Positions 1-10,128 are shown, counted from the first letter of the stretch. The stretch is 64,000 nucleotides of DNA from Candidatus Thorarchaeota archaeon (GCA_003345545.1 PRDH01000021.1:1-64000); one strand, 5' to 3'. Translations and numbers: made by a program. Notes: a model not told the origin generated them from the letters alone.

Positions 1-617
1 TGCCTGAGCAAGACTGCTGTGTAGACATGTATATTGCGTTTGAAGGTCTCCACAGGAAATAACGGCACTCTCATGGAGACCCTTGGAATATCGGGTAGAG
101 TTAGAGCTGAAAGAAAGGCAATCGCCAAGAAGATTGCAGACATGGCAAATGCATAGTAGATGTTGAAGCCCGCAGCATATCCTGCAAAGAGCGTTCCGAG
201 TCCCCATCCCACTGCACCCCATGTAGCGAATCTTCCCATCTTGATCTTCGATTCATATGCATAGGCAGCAAGAGCTCCTGGATACATACCGACACAGAAA
301 CCGTTCATCAGACGCACAATGAACAGTATTTCTAGGCTTGTTGATACGAGAAGCAATGAGATGCTCAAGGTAGCCAGAAGGAGACCTGCTCTAATGATTA
401 TCCGCCTGCCATAGACGTCACCAGCTCGCCCAAAGATGTACGATGCAATGAATGCGGCAGCAGCTTCACCACCCACGATGAGAGGGATGTAAATCTCTAA
501 GACGCTCAGATTTTCTCTCGCCAGAATCGGAACGAAGGTATAGACTGACAGCAATGCCGCTCCTGCCATAATCTGGATAATCTGAGTCTTCAAGCGATAG
601 TCACTAGGATGGCGCAT
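1..617 (-). CDS. MFS transporter (3' part runs off window start)
   Basis: Not in the ORF track. Manual translation from ATG 617 gives MRHPSDYRLKTQIIQIMAGAALLSVYTFVPILARE...FGRAGDVYGRRIIIRAG (MFS motif A) with hydrophobic helices. AGGAGGT SD just upstream. Confidence 0.9.
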   Translation of the reverse strand, partial: MRHPSDYRLKTQIIQIMAGAALLSVYTFVPILARENLSVLEIYIPLIVGGEAAAAFIASYIFGRAGDVYGRRIIIRAGLLLATLSISLLLVSTSLEILFIVRLMNGFCVGMYPGALAAYAYESKIKMGRFATWGAVGWGLGTLFAGYAAGFNIYYAFAMSAIFLAIAFLSALTLPDIPRVSMRVPLFPVETFKRNIHVYTAVLLR

Positions 618-737
618 CTGCACCTCCTTTTCAACGAATCTATGCGGTCAAGTGCTGGGGATGCGATGTGCGCTAGCAAAACCTTTTCTCTTCTCACTCT
701 GAAGTAACCTTGAAGACTATTTTCAGGAAGTGTGTGA

Positions 738-1130
738 ATGGCCAAGCTGACGCCCAGGCTGAAGTTTTTCGCGATAACCATTGACGAACTATTGTTGGTG
801 CCCCTTCTAATTGTCCTGGCCTACTATTTTGTACCTGAGCTTCTCCTCTTCACGATAGTTGCATCGATTGTCGGTGCTGCAATCTTCGTAGCTGTGAAGT
901 ATCGGCTGGTATATGATTCACTGAAGGACGGGTCTTACTATCACTATGATCTCGAAGGTACGAAGTGCCTGGTGATTGAAACGGTCACCCCTAGTGCTGG
1001 CAAGATAAAGGTGGGCGCAGAGATCTGGGAAGCAAGAACTGATTCTGGTGAGATTCCCCCGGGGACTGAAGCAGTCGTTCTCTCCAGAGAGGACTTCAAG
1101 GTTCGTGTCAAGCCTTGGCAGAGTGATTAG
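738..1130 (+). CDS. NfeD-like membrane protein (short, C-terminal OB fold)
   Basis: Two N-terminal TM segments, then GKIKVGAEIWEART..IPPGTEAVVLSREDFKVRV, typical of the NfeD C-domain. Confidence 0.8.
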   Translation: MAKLTPRLKFFAITIDELLLVPLLIVLAYYFVPELLLFTIVASIVGAAIFVAVKYRLVYDSLKDGSYYHYDLEGTKCLVIETVTPSAGKIKVGAEIWEARTDSGEIPPGTEAVVLSREDFKVRVKPWQSD

Positions 1131-1192
1131 ACCTCAAACTCAGCCTACATCTCTCTATTCACGATGGCATGCCCATATGACGCAATGCTTTA

Positions 1193-2218
1193 GTGTCCGT
1201 TAGAGTGAGTAGCAGATATGCAAGGCGACAGTTCATGATTGTCACTGTGACCACCGTTGTTGTGCTAGTCATAGGGATTCTCTCTCTGGTCCTTGCTCTC
1301 TATGGCGGTTACATCTCTCTAGCAATCACTGATGGCGTCACGGGTGCAAACGAGGCACAGCAGACATCTGAGCAGTATTACTATCTACTTGGAATGATAG
1401 GTATCATCGTCCTTCTGGCTCGCCTTCTCAATGTACCGATCTTCTTCTGGATGTTACAATCATTGGTCCCTTATTGTCCCGGTGCAATGTGCTCATACGG
1501 TGTCATCAATGTGGGAGCTCCATACTCCATCATCGCGCTTGTTCTGAAGCTTCTGCTACCTTTCATCTATGGTTTCTGGATTATCTTTGAGCTAGCGAAC
1601 AGGAGAGAGCCATTCCTCCCGTTCATCGGAAGACTGGCCCGCTCTTTCGTTCTTGTGCTCTTGCCACTCGTACTCATTGATAGTGCTGCGGATATTCTGC
1701 TGGTTGCATCAGTTCAACCGATCTATGCTCCCTGCTGCTCTAGCGTGTACGATGTTGACCCTCCATTCTCGCCCTCCGCTCTTCTTGGTCCACAGTTTGG
1801 TCTGTTGATTGTGCTCCTGACTGTGGTCGTGTCCATCACCATGATCTTCGTTCAGTGGTCTGAGAAGAAGCACAGGGTACTACCCTATATCACTCTGATT
1901 CTCTCCTTGGCAGCTGCGCTTCTTTATCTCATCACAGTTCATGACACTCTGGCTCCCTTGGTCTTGGGACTAGCTAGTCATCACTGTCCTTACTGCCTGT
2001 TCCAAGAGTTTCCCGATACAGCCCTCTTTGCAGGCATGTTTTGGGTTGGAGTGGCATCTGCGGGATGGCGTTCAATTCTGGAGATAGTCTGGCGGAGAGA
2101 GCAATTGGATGAGTTGCACATCACGAGTCTGACTGGATTTCTCCTCAAACTGTCTTCGATTGCGCTCTTGTTCAGTATGGTCAGCCTTGTATCACACATC
2201 TTAGTGGCAATCTCGTAA
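1193..2218 (+). CDS. Cys/His-rich polytopic membrane protein, putative metal-binding partner of the adjacent ABC system
   Basis: About 8 TM helices; motifs YCPGAMC, PCCSS, HHCPYC. True start may be the internal Met (MIVTV). Confidence 0.7.
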   Translation: MSVRVSSRYARRQFMIVTVTTVVVLVIGILSLVLALYGGYISLAITDGVTGANEAQQTSEQYYYLLGMIGIIVLLARLLNVPIFFWMLQSLVPYCPGAMCSYGVINVGAPYSIIALVLKLLLPFIYGFWIIFELANRREPFLPFIGRLARSFVLVLLPLVLIDSAADILLVASVQPIYAPCCSSVYDVDPPFSPSALLGPQFGLLIVLLTVVVSITMIFVQWSEKKHRVLPYITLILSLAAALLYLITVHDTLAPLVLGLASHHCPYCLFQEFPDTALFAGMFWVGVASAGWRSILEIVWRREQLDELHITSLTGFLLKLSSIALLFSMVSLVSHILVAIS

Positions 2219-2219
2219 G

Positions 2220-2903
2220 TCAACTGCTCCCTTTGACGGATCCATCATGCATCATGAGAAGCACGTCTGCCCACTGCAACACAACTGGATCATGGGACGC
2301 TACCACTACTGTCAATCCCTCGTCCTCTACCATAGTTCGCAAAGTTGCTAGGAGTTCCTTTGTCAGCTTCTCATCAATTGATGCGCTAGGTTCATCTGCA
2401 ATGAGTATCCGCGGAGCGTTCATGAGGGCTCTGGCAATGCCCACTCTCTGTAGTTCGCCGCCGCTCAGTTCTACGACTCTGAAATCAAGTCTCTGCTCCA
2501 TGCCGAGGGAAGTGAGCTTCTCTCTCGCGAGTTTCTCTGCTTCTGAGCGAGAGATATCGGTGCAGAGCAGGGGCAATGCAACGTTCTCTGTTGCTGTCAG
2601 CTGGGGGATGAGATATTGAGCCTGAAAGATGAATCCTATCTCAGTTCGCCTGAGCTTTGTTCTGAATACCTCGGAGAGCCCCGAGACCTCTTGATCGCCC
2701 AGGAAGATCTTGCCTCGAGAGGGTCTTGTGAGAAGTCCAATCAGGCTGAGTGCTGTGCTCTTCCCTGAACCACTAGGGCCTCCCAAGGCAGTGATTGTGC
2801 CTTTTTCAATCTCCATGCTGAGGTCTCGGACTGCATCTACTTGCCTTGGAGTATTGGCACCATATGTCTTCCAGACATTCTCTGTTCTTATTGTGGCTGC
2901 CAT
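2220..2903 (-). CDS. ABC ATP-binding protein, LolD/MacB-type
   Basis: Walker A GPSGSGKS, LSGGE signature, ILIADEP, ASHD switch. Confidence 0.95.
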   Translation of the reverse strand: MAATIRTENVWKTYGANTPRQVDAVRDLSMEIEKGTITALGGPSGSGKSTALSLIGLLTRPSRGKIFLGDQEVSGLSEVFRTKLRRTEIGFIFQAQYLIPQLTATENVALPLLCTDISRSEAEKLAREKLTSLGMEQRLDFRVVELSGGELQRVGIARALMNAPRILIADEPSASIDEKLTKELLATLRTMVEDEGLTVVVASHDPVVLQWADVLLMMHDGSVKGSS

Positions 2904-2904
2904 C

Positions 2905-4119
2905 TCACACACCCCTCAGAACTGTGTCCGGTTCAGTTATCGCATTTCTCCATGATGGAATGACCGCCGCCACTAGGATAGGTACTACTCCAACTGCGTA
3001 CATAATGAAGACTGTTGAGAGCGAGATTGTGAGTGGAATTCCGCCTGGGAGAAGGTTGAGACTCCAACCAAGAAGATAGCCGGATATGACTGGTCCTCCC
3101 AGTATGAAGTCATAGATGACTGCAAATGAGATACCTAGGCTAACTCCTAGGAGACTGAGGGTGATGGACTCCAACATTCTAATCTCGAGAACATCCACTG
3201 TATCGAAGCCTAAGGCCTTTAACAGACCGACCTCCCTACGCGCCTCTTCTGATATGGCGCCTGATGCTGTGAAAGCAATGAGGACCACGGCCATGAGCAC
3301 GATGGTCCACAGAAGCGCTGCCATGCCCGCACGACCACCATAGGCTTTCAGCATAGAGTCACTGATGGCATCATGGGTCAGAACCCTTGCTTCTGGTATC
3401 TCTGTATCCAGTCTGAATGCCACACTGTTCGGATCTGCCCCGGGGGTCACCCACACAGCAATGTCGGTACAGGTATCGTTCTCGTATCCAAGCACGTCAC
3501 GCGCGCTGATGATATCGGTCAAAACCATGTCATAGCTGTATATCTTGGAGCCACTTGAGAACACACCGATGACTTCGAATTCGATGAGTTCGCCATCAAA
3601 AGTGATTAGCGATAGAATAGTTCCTACCTGCACATGCAGGGGCATAGCAGAAGCAGCCATCAGATCGATTATGCCCTGACCGATGATCATCTTTCCTCTA
3701 TCTGATTCATTGAGGAATCTTCCTTCCCCTACGATCTCTGTGCCAACAGCACCAATCATGTTTCCATACTCTGATGCATTGACTCCCATGATGGTGAGGA
3801 GACTTCCGCTGCCAACATCAGAGTAGCCCCAGATTCTCGGCGTAGCAGCCCGCACGCCCGTTGTTTCTGTGACATTTGTCACCCAGGCTGTTGGTATGGG
3901 TACCTGACGACCACCCACGAGTTTCTGAATGACAATATCCGACCCCTCATCCAGCGAACTTGAGATGTCCTGTACAACACCCTCCCTGATGAACTCGACC
4001 GAAGAGAGAATCGAAGTTGAGAAGAACAGGGCAATGATAATAGCTATGCTCCGTGTCCGATACTTCAGCACATTTCCCAACGCATAGCTTGCTAGATTAC
4101 TGTGTTTTCGTACTCCCAT
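2905..4119 (-). CDS. ABC permease, FtsX/MacB/LolC-E family
   Basis: One N-terminal TM, large extracytoplasmic domain, RREVGLLKALG motif, three C-terminal TMs. Confidence 0.9.
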   Translation of the reverse strand: MGVRKHSNLASYALGNVLKYRTRSIAIIIALFFSTSILSSVEFIREGVVQDISSSLDEGSDIVIQKLVGGRQVPIPTAWVTNVTETTGVRAATPRIWGYSDVGSGSLLTIMGVNASEYGNMIGAVGTEIVGEGRFLNESDRGKMIIGQGIIDLMAASAMPLHVQVGTILSLITFDGELIEFEVIGVFSSGSKIYSYDMVLTDIISARDVLGYENDTCTDIAVWVTPGADPNSVAFRLDTEIPEARVLTHDAISDSMLKAYGGRAGMAALLWTIVLMAVVLIAFTASGAISEEARREVGLLKALGFDTVDVLEIRMLESITLSLLGVSLGISFAVIYDFILGGPVISGYLLGWSLNLLPGGIPLTISLSTVFIMYAVGVVPILVAAVIPSWRNAITEPDTVLRGV

Positions 4120-4501
4120 AGCTTCTCCTTCCTAAGAGCAGTATCAATGACAAGGGTATCGCTGCAAAGAGAATTCCCAGCAAGATGATGCTCGGATCTA
4201 TGCTTGGTAGGCCATATGTCCAAGACTGAGGCACTGATGAGTCTGTCAGATTGCCGTGAGTCCCACCCTGCAATGGACTTCCAGTGTAGAGGGAATAGCC
4301 ACCGGGAACATCTCCAATGATGCCAAATGGCGATTCAACCCCCGGCGCTCGAATGTAGTATGAGTCCTGAACAATCGAAGGACCAATCTCGAAGAATGGC
4401 CATTGCACTGTCTGACCTTGATTCTGAGCAGTGATAGCATATCCAACGTTGAACGCAATCGACAGGAAAATGATGACAGCTAGTAATGTGCTCTTTCGCA
4501 T
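4097..4501 (-). CDS. Secreted, C-terminally anchored hypothetical protein
   Basis: Signal-like N-terminus (MRKSTLLAVIIF) and C-terminal TM followed by GRR; overlaps the permease start. Confidence 0.65.
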   Translation of the reverse strand: MRKSTLLAVIIFLSIAFNVGYAITAQNQGQTVQWPFFEIGPSIVQDSYYIRAPGVESPFGIIGDVPGGYSLYTGSPLQGGTHGNLTDSSVPQSWTYGLPSIDPSIILLGILFAAIPLSLILLLGRRSYGSTKTQ

Positions 4502-4514
4502 ACTCCCACCACAC

Positions 4515-4985
4515 TCATGGCCAGACATATGGATTCGAGATGATTATTCCGCTGTACTCATCTAGGAAGTGGCTCTCACAAGTTTCAACTTCAGGTGCAT
4601 CCTCGCACAGTGGCACTATTGTTGGCTCAATCGTCGTAGGATTAAGATACTCGGTTGAGTATGCCCATACAATCATAGGGTCGTCCCAGTCCATAAGCAT
4701 ACCACACATCGGACATCGAACCTGTACATTTTCGAGAGATTCAATCTGCTCATCATCGACTAGCACTTGGAAGGCCAAGAGTGAAACATTCACACAGCAG
4801 TAGTGCCTCGTTGTCCCGTTGTGAAACGTGAACGTCACTTCGTGCCCTATTCTACTCTGAATCTCGAGATGTGTGTAGTCACAGTAGTGGACTGTGGGAG
4901 TGAATATGGCAGTATAGGCGTAAATACCAAGACAGCCAGAGATGACCAGAAACACCTGAACCATCTTGCGCTGTTCGGAGTTCAT
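4515..4985 (-). CDS. Membrane-anchored NosL/TRASH-like metal-binding protein
   Basis: N-terminal TM; HYCDYTH, HYCCVN and CPMCGM motifs; further Cys near the C-terminus. Confidence 0.6.
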   Translation of the reverse strand: MNSEQRKMVQVFLVISGCLGIYAYTAIFTPTVHYCDYTHLEIQSRIGHEVTFTFHNGTTRHYCCVNVSLLAFQVLVDDEQIESLENVQVRCPMCGMLMDWDDPMIVWAYSTEYLNPTTIEPTIVPLCEDAPEVETCESHFLDEYSGIIISNPYVWP

Positions 4986-4998
4986 CCTGCTACCACCA

Positions 4999-5187
4999 TT
5001 ACTCGAGGCTCTTGAATCCACCAATAAGAGACATGACTGAAATTGTTGCGCCAAGGATGGTTTCGACTGTGCGTGTGTCCCAGCATCGCATCGGGTTAAT
5101 ACAGACTGGAACGAAGCTCCACGGCGCTATTGCTACAAATGCTCCCAGAATGAAGATCAGGACATAGAGGATTGAGATTAGTTTCAT
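4999..5187 (-). CDS. Small membrane protein, DUF4418-like
   Basis: Two TMs around PVCINPMRCWDT; AAGGTGA SD before ATG 5187. Confidence 0.55.
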   Translation of the reverse strand: MKLISILYVLIFILGAFVAIAPWSFVPVCINPMRCWDTRTVETILGATISVMSLIGGFKSLE

Positions 5188-5200
5188 CACATTCACCTTG

Positions 5201-5611
5201 TCACATTGTTGTAAGTTGTATAGAGAATGTCTGACTGATTGCTGCATTTCTGATGGGCGCATTGTCAAACGCTGTCACAAAGAACTGCGCATTATCGCTC
5301 TCATTGACTGGGCCGAACGTACCAACCCATCTTCCTCCAGCAATGCAAAGACACGCGAAGAATTGCATGTCTAGCACCGTCCAGGACTCTCCATCAAGTG
5401 AACTTGAGAGCTGAGCCCCTGACACGCCAGAGCGGTCTATGCAGTAGATCACGACGCTGATAGTGTCCCCTGCCACAGGCTGTACAGGCAAGATATCTAC
5501 TTCATAGATAAGAGGACCATCAGCATCTTCGAGGACGGCATTCATAATGATACCTGTGAGCGATATCATCACGATGGCACCTATGCAGACGAGTTTAGTT
5601 TGATTCCTCAT
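5201..5611 (-). CDS. Membrane-anchored Ig-like protein with CxC motif
   Basis: N-terminal TM, beta-rich domain, ACLCIAGG; first gene of a tightly packed operon. Confidence 0.6.
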   Translation of the reverse strand: MRNQTKLVCIGAIVMISLTGIIMNAVLEDADGPLIYEVDILPVQPVAGDTISVVIYCIDRSGVSGAQLSSSLDGESWTVLDMQFFACLCIAGGRWVGTFGPVNESDNAQFFVTAFDNAPIRNAAISQTFSIQLTTM

Positions 5612-5821
5612 CGAGCAGGCTCTACTCCCTGAATGACGTATCATCTCCCGCAGAAACAACGACTATACAATCTTTGCGCATAGTCAGGGAGATACCGATT
5701 TAGGTCGATTGTGTACAGGAATTGCGGGTGTGTAGCGTCCTCTCTATCTTCTTCTGATGTATGCTCCAGCGAATACCCCTCAATTACCCGAGAATATATG
5801 CAGTCGTACCCAATAACAGGT

Positions 5822-6277
5822 ATGGCAATCGAGGACACACTGATTGGTCTTGCCATTGGGCTAGTAGTGGCGGCTTGTGTCTATCTTCTTATGGGGATGC
5901 ACCTTCGGCATCGAATCTCCATCGTGACTAAGGAGTTTGAAAAGACATGGGCAGAGCAGGAATCCTCTGTTCGTAGGGATGCAGCAGACAGAAGTCGCTA
6001 TGTCCTGAAGGGCAAGATTGCAGAGCATATGGTTCCTCTCCTGCAGGATGTGTTCAAGTATGACCCATCAGATGCACGATTCATCGGCGCTCCCATCGAC
6101 TATCTGATCTTTGACGGCTATAGTGCTGTCAAGGATGACAGCTCAGATGAACCAATTGCTGTGATCCTTGCCGATATCAAGACAGGAGGCGCGAGTCTGA
6201 ACAGAACGGAGCGGAAAATCAAGGAAGCTGTCGAAGCAGGACGCGTTCGATGGGAAACTATCCAGCTCGATTTCTGA
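5822..6277 (+). CDS. Holliday junction resolvase-like endonuclease with N-terminal TM
   Basis: SRYVLKGKIAEHMVP, DARFIGAPIDYLIFDG, DIKTGGASL motifs of the archaeal-HJR-related endonuclease family. Confidence 0.85.
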   Translation: MAIEDTLIGLAIGLVVAACVYLLMGMHLRHRISIVTKEFEKTWAEQESSVRRDAADRSRYVLKGKIAEHMVPLLQDVFKYDPSDARFIGAPIDYLIFDGYSAVKDDSSDEPIAVILADIKTGGASLNRTERKIKEAVEAGRVRWETIQLDF

Positions 6278-6338
6278 GGTTAATACATTTATTGCAGCGT
6301 CACACAAAACGAATGCACAAAACTGAGAATAAAGAGAA

Positions 6339-6704
6339 TCACTCGCAGAAGCACTCTTTCATAATTGCTCGAATGACTGCGTCGTTGACTAGTTGTTCAT
6401 CTGGCAGACCCGTGAGCATTGTATCACAGATTTTGATGGTAGGCAGTGCCAATATGTCGTCCGTGCTGCATCCGCAGTCATCATTAGACTCGACATCTAT
6501 TGAGCGGATTGCGCTGCTTGAAACGCCGAAGTCAGAAAGAGCATCCTGGAGCATCTCTTCTGCTGTGTCGCAAAAGAGACAGAGCTCTCCTTTGTACATG
6601 ACAATGCACCCGCACCTCCCACAGGGCGTGGCTGTGGCCCTCGTGTCTGATACGGATTCTACATCGGCTTTCATCTGCTCATCCCATAGATTATGACGAG
6701 CCAT
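6339..6704 (-). CDS. Small Cys-rich hypothetical protein
   Basis: CxxC..CxxC, CGC and terminal CFC; AT-rich promoter-like region at 6755-6795. Confidence 0.5.
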   Translation of the reverse strand: MARHNLWDEQMKADVESVSDTRATATPCGRCGCIVMYKGELCLFCDTAEEMLQDALSDFGVSSSAIRSIDVESNDDCGCSTDDILALPTIKICDTMLTGLPDEQLVNDAVIRAIMKECFCE

Positions 6705-6934
6705 ATCCTGATATTGTACAGGTAAATCATCAGATCTGCTATGGCGCGTCGGTAATCTTATAATATAATAGCAGTCAATAGGTTATAAGCATAAGTTGTC
6801 TGTAGTGAAGAGCACTGAAGGATTACGTTGAACTAAACTCCTATTATGCCGATTGAGCCCTATCGCTGGAGCCAACAGAAACCAGCACTGTCACTCCAGG
6901 TTTCTAGGATTCGGCTGATGTGAGGTGAATCACC

Positions 6935-8626
6935 ATTCCACTATCGAGGTATCATGTCTTTTTACTAGCTCTTGTTCTCTCAGTGTCAGTACTTCCTACA
7001 GAGGTTCTGGCTGCAATGGACAGCAGCTTCATCCCAGTTGCTGAGAAGATCGATGTCCCATCTGTCACACGGACTTGGGATACGATCTCTCTACTCTATG
7101 AGGACCAGTTTCATGACCCTGCTGAAGTGGACGAAGAGATTGACAACATACAGAGTCTGGTTTCTGAGCTTGTAGACGTCGAAATCATCGGTGAGAGCAT
7201 CGAGGGAAGGAACATCACATGTCTTCGAATAACAAATGAGATGAATACTGTTCAGAAGGCAAAGACCTTGGTTTTGGCTCAGCACCACGGCCGTGAACAG
7301 ATCACTGTCGAACTCGCTCTGCGATTCGTTCTCTGGCTTCTCAATGGCTATGGTGTAGATACTGTGCTCACAGAGTATGTTGACACACAGGAGGTCTACG
7401 TGATTCCCACTCTGAATCCTGACGCCCTTGACATTGTTGTCAATGATGGTAATCACTGGCTCAGAAAGAACCTGCGCCCCTATGACAATGATGGAGATGG
7501 CCTATTCAGTGAAGATGATGCTGAGGACGCAGATGGTGATGGTTCTATCTCAGAGTACATTGTCTACCTCAAGAGCTATCCAACTGAAGTCCCTGCTATC
7601 CAGGACGCTGACTATTGGTATTATGAAGGAATTGACAATGATAATGATACCTTATTCAACGAGGATGAGATCGGGCTTGTTGATTTGAATCGTAACTACC
7701 CGAACTTCTGGGATTTTGGTGTGACAGATGTCACTACTCAGGAGTATCGTGGAACAACACCATTCTCAGAGCCTGAAACCCAAGCCTTCAGGGACTTTGC
7801 GCAGCAACATAAGTTCGCAATGGCCTATTCCCTGCACTCTGGGACCAATGCAACCCTCTTTGTCCAATCAGGAAGTAACTACTGGGTAGAACCTACTCTC
7901 TATTATCAGATGGCTAGTGACTATCGTGGCATTCTACCCTCCGGGTTCAATAATGGATTAGGCTATCCTGTTTTTGATGTACTGAATCTTGCATCAGCGA
8001 CTGCTGGGGGCTGGGGCGAGTGGATGTACTACGAACAAGACTGCACTGCACCGATAACCTTTGAGATCTACACAAATGAATCTGCAAATGTCGAAGATGC
8101 GTACGTGATCATAGTGAACAACAGTACGCATATCATCCGCGAGTGGGAGGGTATCTATGGCTACTTTGACCCGGTTGTTGAGCACATTCAGACACTCTGG
8201 CTTGAACTCCTTCCGGCCTTTGAGTACCTTCTAGAGATGACCCCGCGGATCGACATAGATATCACAGGCATATCGGGAGGAATCAACACAGGGGAAACCT
8301 TGACTCTCACGACCTCGATGCACTGTCTGAGTTCACGATTGGGTAGCAAGGAATCAGTCACGCTTCTTGGTAATGAGAGCGAAGTGCTTGATACGATGAC
8401 TACGGTTGAAGCTAGTCAGACTCTGACGGACGAAGCGTCCTTCATTCTGTCTAAAGACCTGTCAGACTCGGGCTACACTATCTCGATAGGCAACAACTAC
8501 ACAGGTTACGCTCGGTTCGTTCTGTCTTTGGGCAGTCCGGCGGGCCCTGACCTAGTACTCAGCGGAATCGGTATCGGCATCGTGTTAGCTGCAATCGTTA
8601 TCATCGTCTACCTGAAACGCCGATGA
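6935..8626 (+). CDS. M14 zinc carboxypeptidase, secreted and C-terminally anchored
   Basis: HHGRE Zn motif, NPD, RKN, VDLNRNY, FSEPET, SLHS; DxDxDG Ca-type loops; C-terminal TM+KRR. The frame extends upstream of GTG 6983 to a signal peptide behind a GAGGTGA SD. Confidence 0.9.
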   Translation: MPLSRYHVFLLALVLSVSVLPTEVLAAMDSSFIPVAEKIDVPSVTRTWDTISLLYEDQFHDPAEVDEEIDNIQSLVSELVDVEIIGESIEGRNITCLRITNEMNTVQKAKTLVLAQHHGREQITVELALRFVLWLLNGYGVDTVLTEYVDTQEVYVIPTLNPDALDIVVNDGNHWLRKNLRPYDNDGDGLFSEDDAEDADGDGSISEYIVYLKSYPTEVPAIQDADYWYYEGIDNDNDTLFNEDEIGLVDLNRNYPNFWDFGVTDVTTQEYRGTTPFSEPETQAFRDFAQQHKFAMAYSLHSGTNATLFVQSGSNYWVEPTLYYQMASDYRGILPSGFNNGLGYPVFDVLNLASATAGGWGEWMYYEQDCTAPITFEIYTNESANVEDAYVIIVNNSTHIIREWEGIYGYFDPVVEHIQTLWLELLPAFEYLLEMTPRIDIDITGISGGINTGETLTLTTSMHCLSSRLGSKESVTLLGNESEVLDTMTTVEASQTLTDEASFILSKDLSDSGYTISIGNNYTGYARFVLSLGSPAGPDLVLSGIGIGIVLAAIVIIVYLKRR

Positions 8627-8719
8627 GAGCGTTATGAGTGAACAAGTAGTCGTACAGTGTAGGAATAGGATACTTGATAACAGCGCGTGGATGCACAGGT
8701 CTCGGAGACTGGACAGCCT

Positions 8720-9289
8720 ATGCACTTCAAGAAACTGGTTGGCAGAATATGCTACCTCTCACCAGTCAGCAAAGACTCAGCAGAGAGCTGGGCAAGATGG
8801 GATAATGACCTTGAGGTTGGAGTTCCAATGGGGAACGAGGCCTACACTCCATCAACAATCGAATCAACAGAGGAGAACATCGCCTCGATCATCAAAGAGA
8901 AGGCACATGGGTTCGATATCCTTGAAATCGAGTCCGACAATCTCATCGGCCGATGTTTCTTGGGCTCCTTGGACAATGTCAATCGAAGTTGCAGGCTAGG
9001 AATCGTGATTGGCGAGAAGACGCACTGGGATAGAGGGTTTGGAACCGAGGCGGTCAATCTACTCCTCGAGTATGCGTTCAATATCCTCAATATGAACAGT
9101 GTCAATCTCGGGACATACTCATACAACAAGAGGGCCATCGCCTGCTACAAGAAAGTTGGATTCAAGGAGATCGGGCGACGGCGAGAGTCTCGTATAATCG
9201 GTGAGAAAAAGTACGATACCATAATGATGGATATGCTGGCTTCGGAGCATGAAACAGTGTACCTTGCCGATGTTTTTCCAGTTGAGTAA
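8720..9289 (+). CDS. GNAT acetyltransferase, RimJ/RimL-like
   Basis: WDRGFGTEA and YNKRAIACYKKVGF motifs. Confidence 0.9.
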   Translation: MHFKKLVGRICYLSPVSKDSAESWARWDNDLEVGVPMGNEAYTPSTIESTEENIASIIKEKAHGFDILEIESDNLIGRCFLGSLDNVNRSCRLGIVIGEKTHWDRGFGTEAVNLLLEYAFNILNMNSVNLGTYSYNKRAIACYKKVGFKEIGRRRESRIIGEKKYDTIMMDMLASEHETVYLADVFPVE

Positions 9290-9383
9290 CTCTGCTGTCA
9301 CCTCACTACTACCTTAGTTCATCCTGGTCCTCCCTTGTAGTTATATGGTGGATCATCGTACGCAGCCTCTCTAGGGTGATTCC

Positions 9384-9785
9384 TTGGAACGAACAGCATA
9401 CCACAGGTACATGTATAGGGTCGCAGCAGTCTGGAACTGGATTCTGTCTCTGAGCTTTCTTATCCTTCCCAGGATTGATATTGCATACTTCTCAATAGCA
9501 GGTCCTATGGCTCCCCCACCGACACTTCTCTGGTTTGACTGCTTCTTTGGGCTCACCATTGCATTTGGACTTGGATTCTACATCATCAGTAGGAGCACAA
9601 CTGAGAATCACGGACTCATCGAGATTGCCATCTTTGAGAAAGCATGGGTCTTTGTGATTGGGCTCTACTACTTCCTTATCGCTCAAGCATCAATTTGGGT
9701 GCTTGTTGTTGTATCAGGAGACCTTCTGTTTGGCATTCTGTTCCTTGAAGATCTGAGGTCCATAATGAAGTCGACTACCAAATGA
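9384..9785 (+). CDS. 4-TM hypothetical membrane protein
   Basis: Four hydrophobic helices; GGGTGA SD before TTG. Confidence 0.7.
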   Translation: MERTAYHRYMYRVAAVWNWILSLSFLILPRIDIAYFSIAGPMAPPPTLLWFDCFFGLTIAFGLGFYIISRSTTENHGLIEIAIFEKAWVFVIGLYYFLIAQASIWVLVVVSGDLLFGILFLEDLRSIMKSTTK

Positions 9786-9882
9786 GGACAGGCTTCAAAT
9801 CGAAACAGCCATATTGCTCGAGAGAGAACAACAACTCCGGAGGAGTTGATTTGATGCGTCAGAAACAGAGCATCATCCAGAT

Positions 9883-10128
9883 GTGAGTGGAAAGGACGAG
9901 AAAGTTACAAGAGTCGTCGGGCGGGCATGCGTCGTCACAATATGGGGCTTTGTCATACTTGGTTACATCATCTGCTATGTTGTCGAACAATACTACGGAT
10001 ATGCCATGTACTATGGTATGATCGTGTTCCTGGTCCCTGCAATCATTGTCACCATTCTTTTTGTGATTGGCACAACGACTGGCTGGCTATTGAAACGTCG
10101 CTCAGGGCACCAAGCACTCGATGAATAG
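9883..10128 (+). CDS. Small 2-TM membrane protein (DUF2178-like, possibly truncated)
   Basis: DEK...RA followed by two TMs. Confidence 0.45.
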   Translation: MSGKDEKVTRVVGRACVVTIWGFVILGYIICYVVEQYYGYAMYYGMIVFLVPAIIVTILFVIGTTTGWLLKRRSGHQALDE

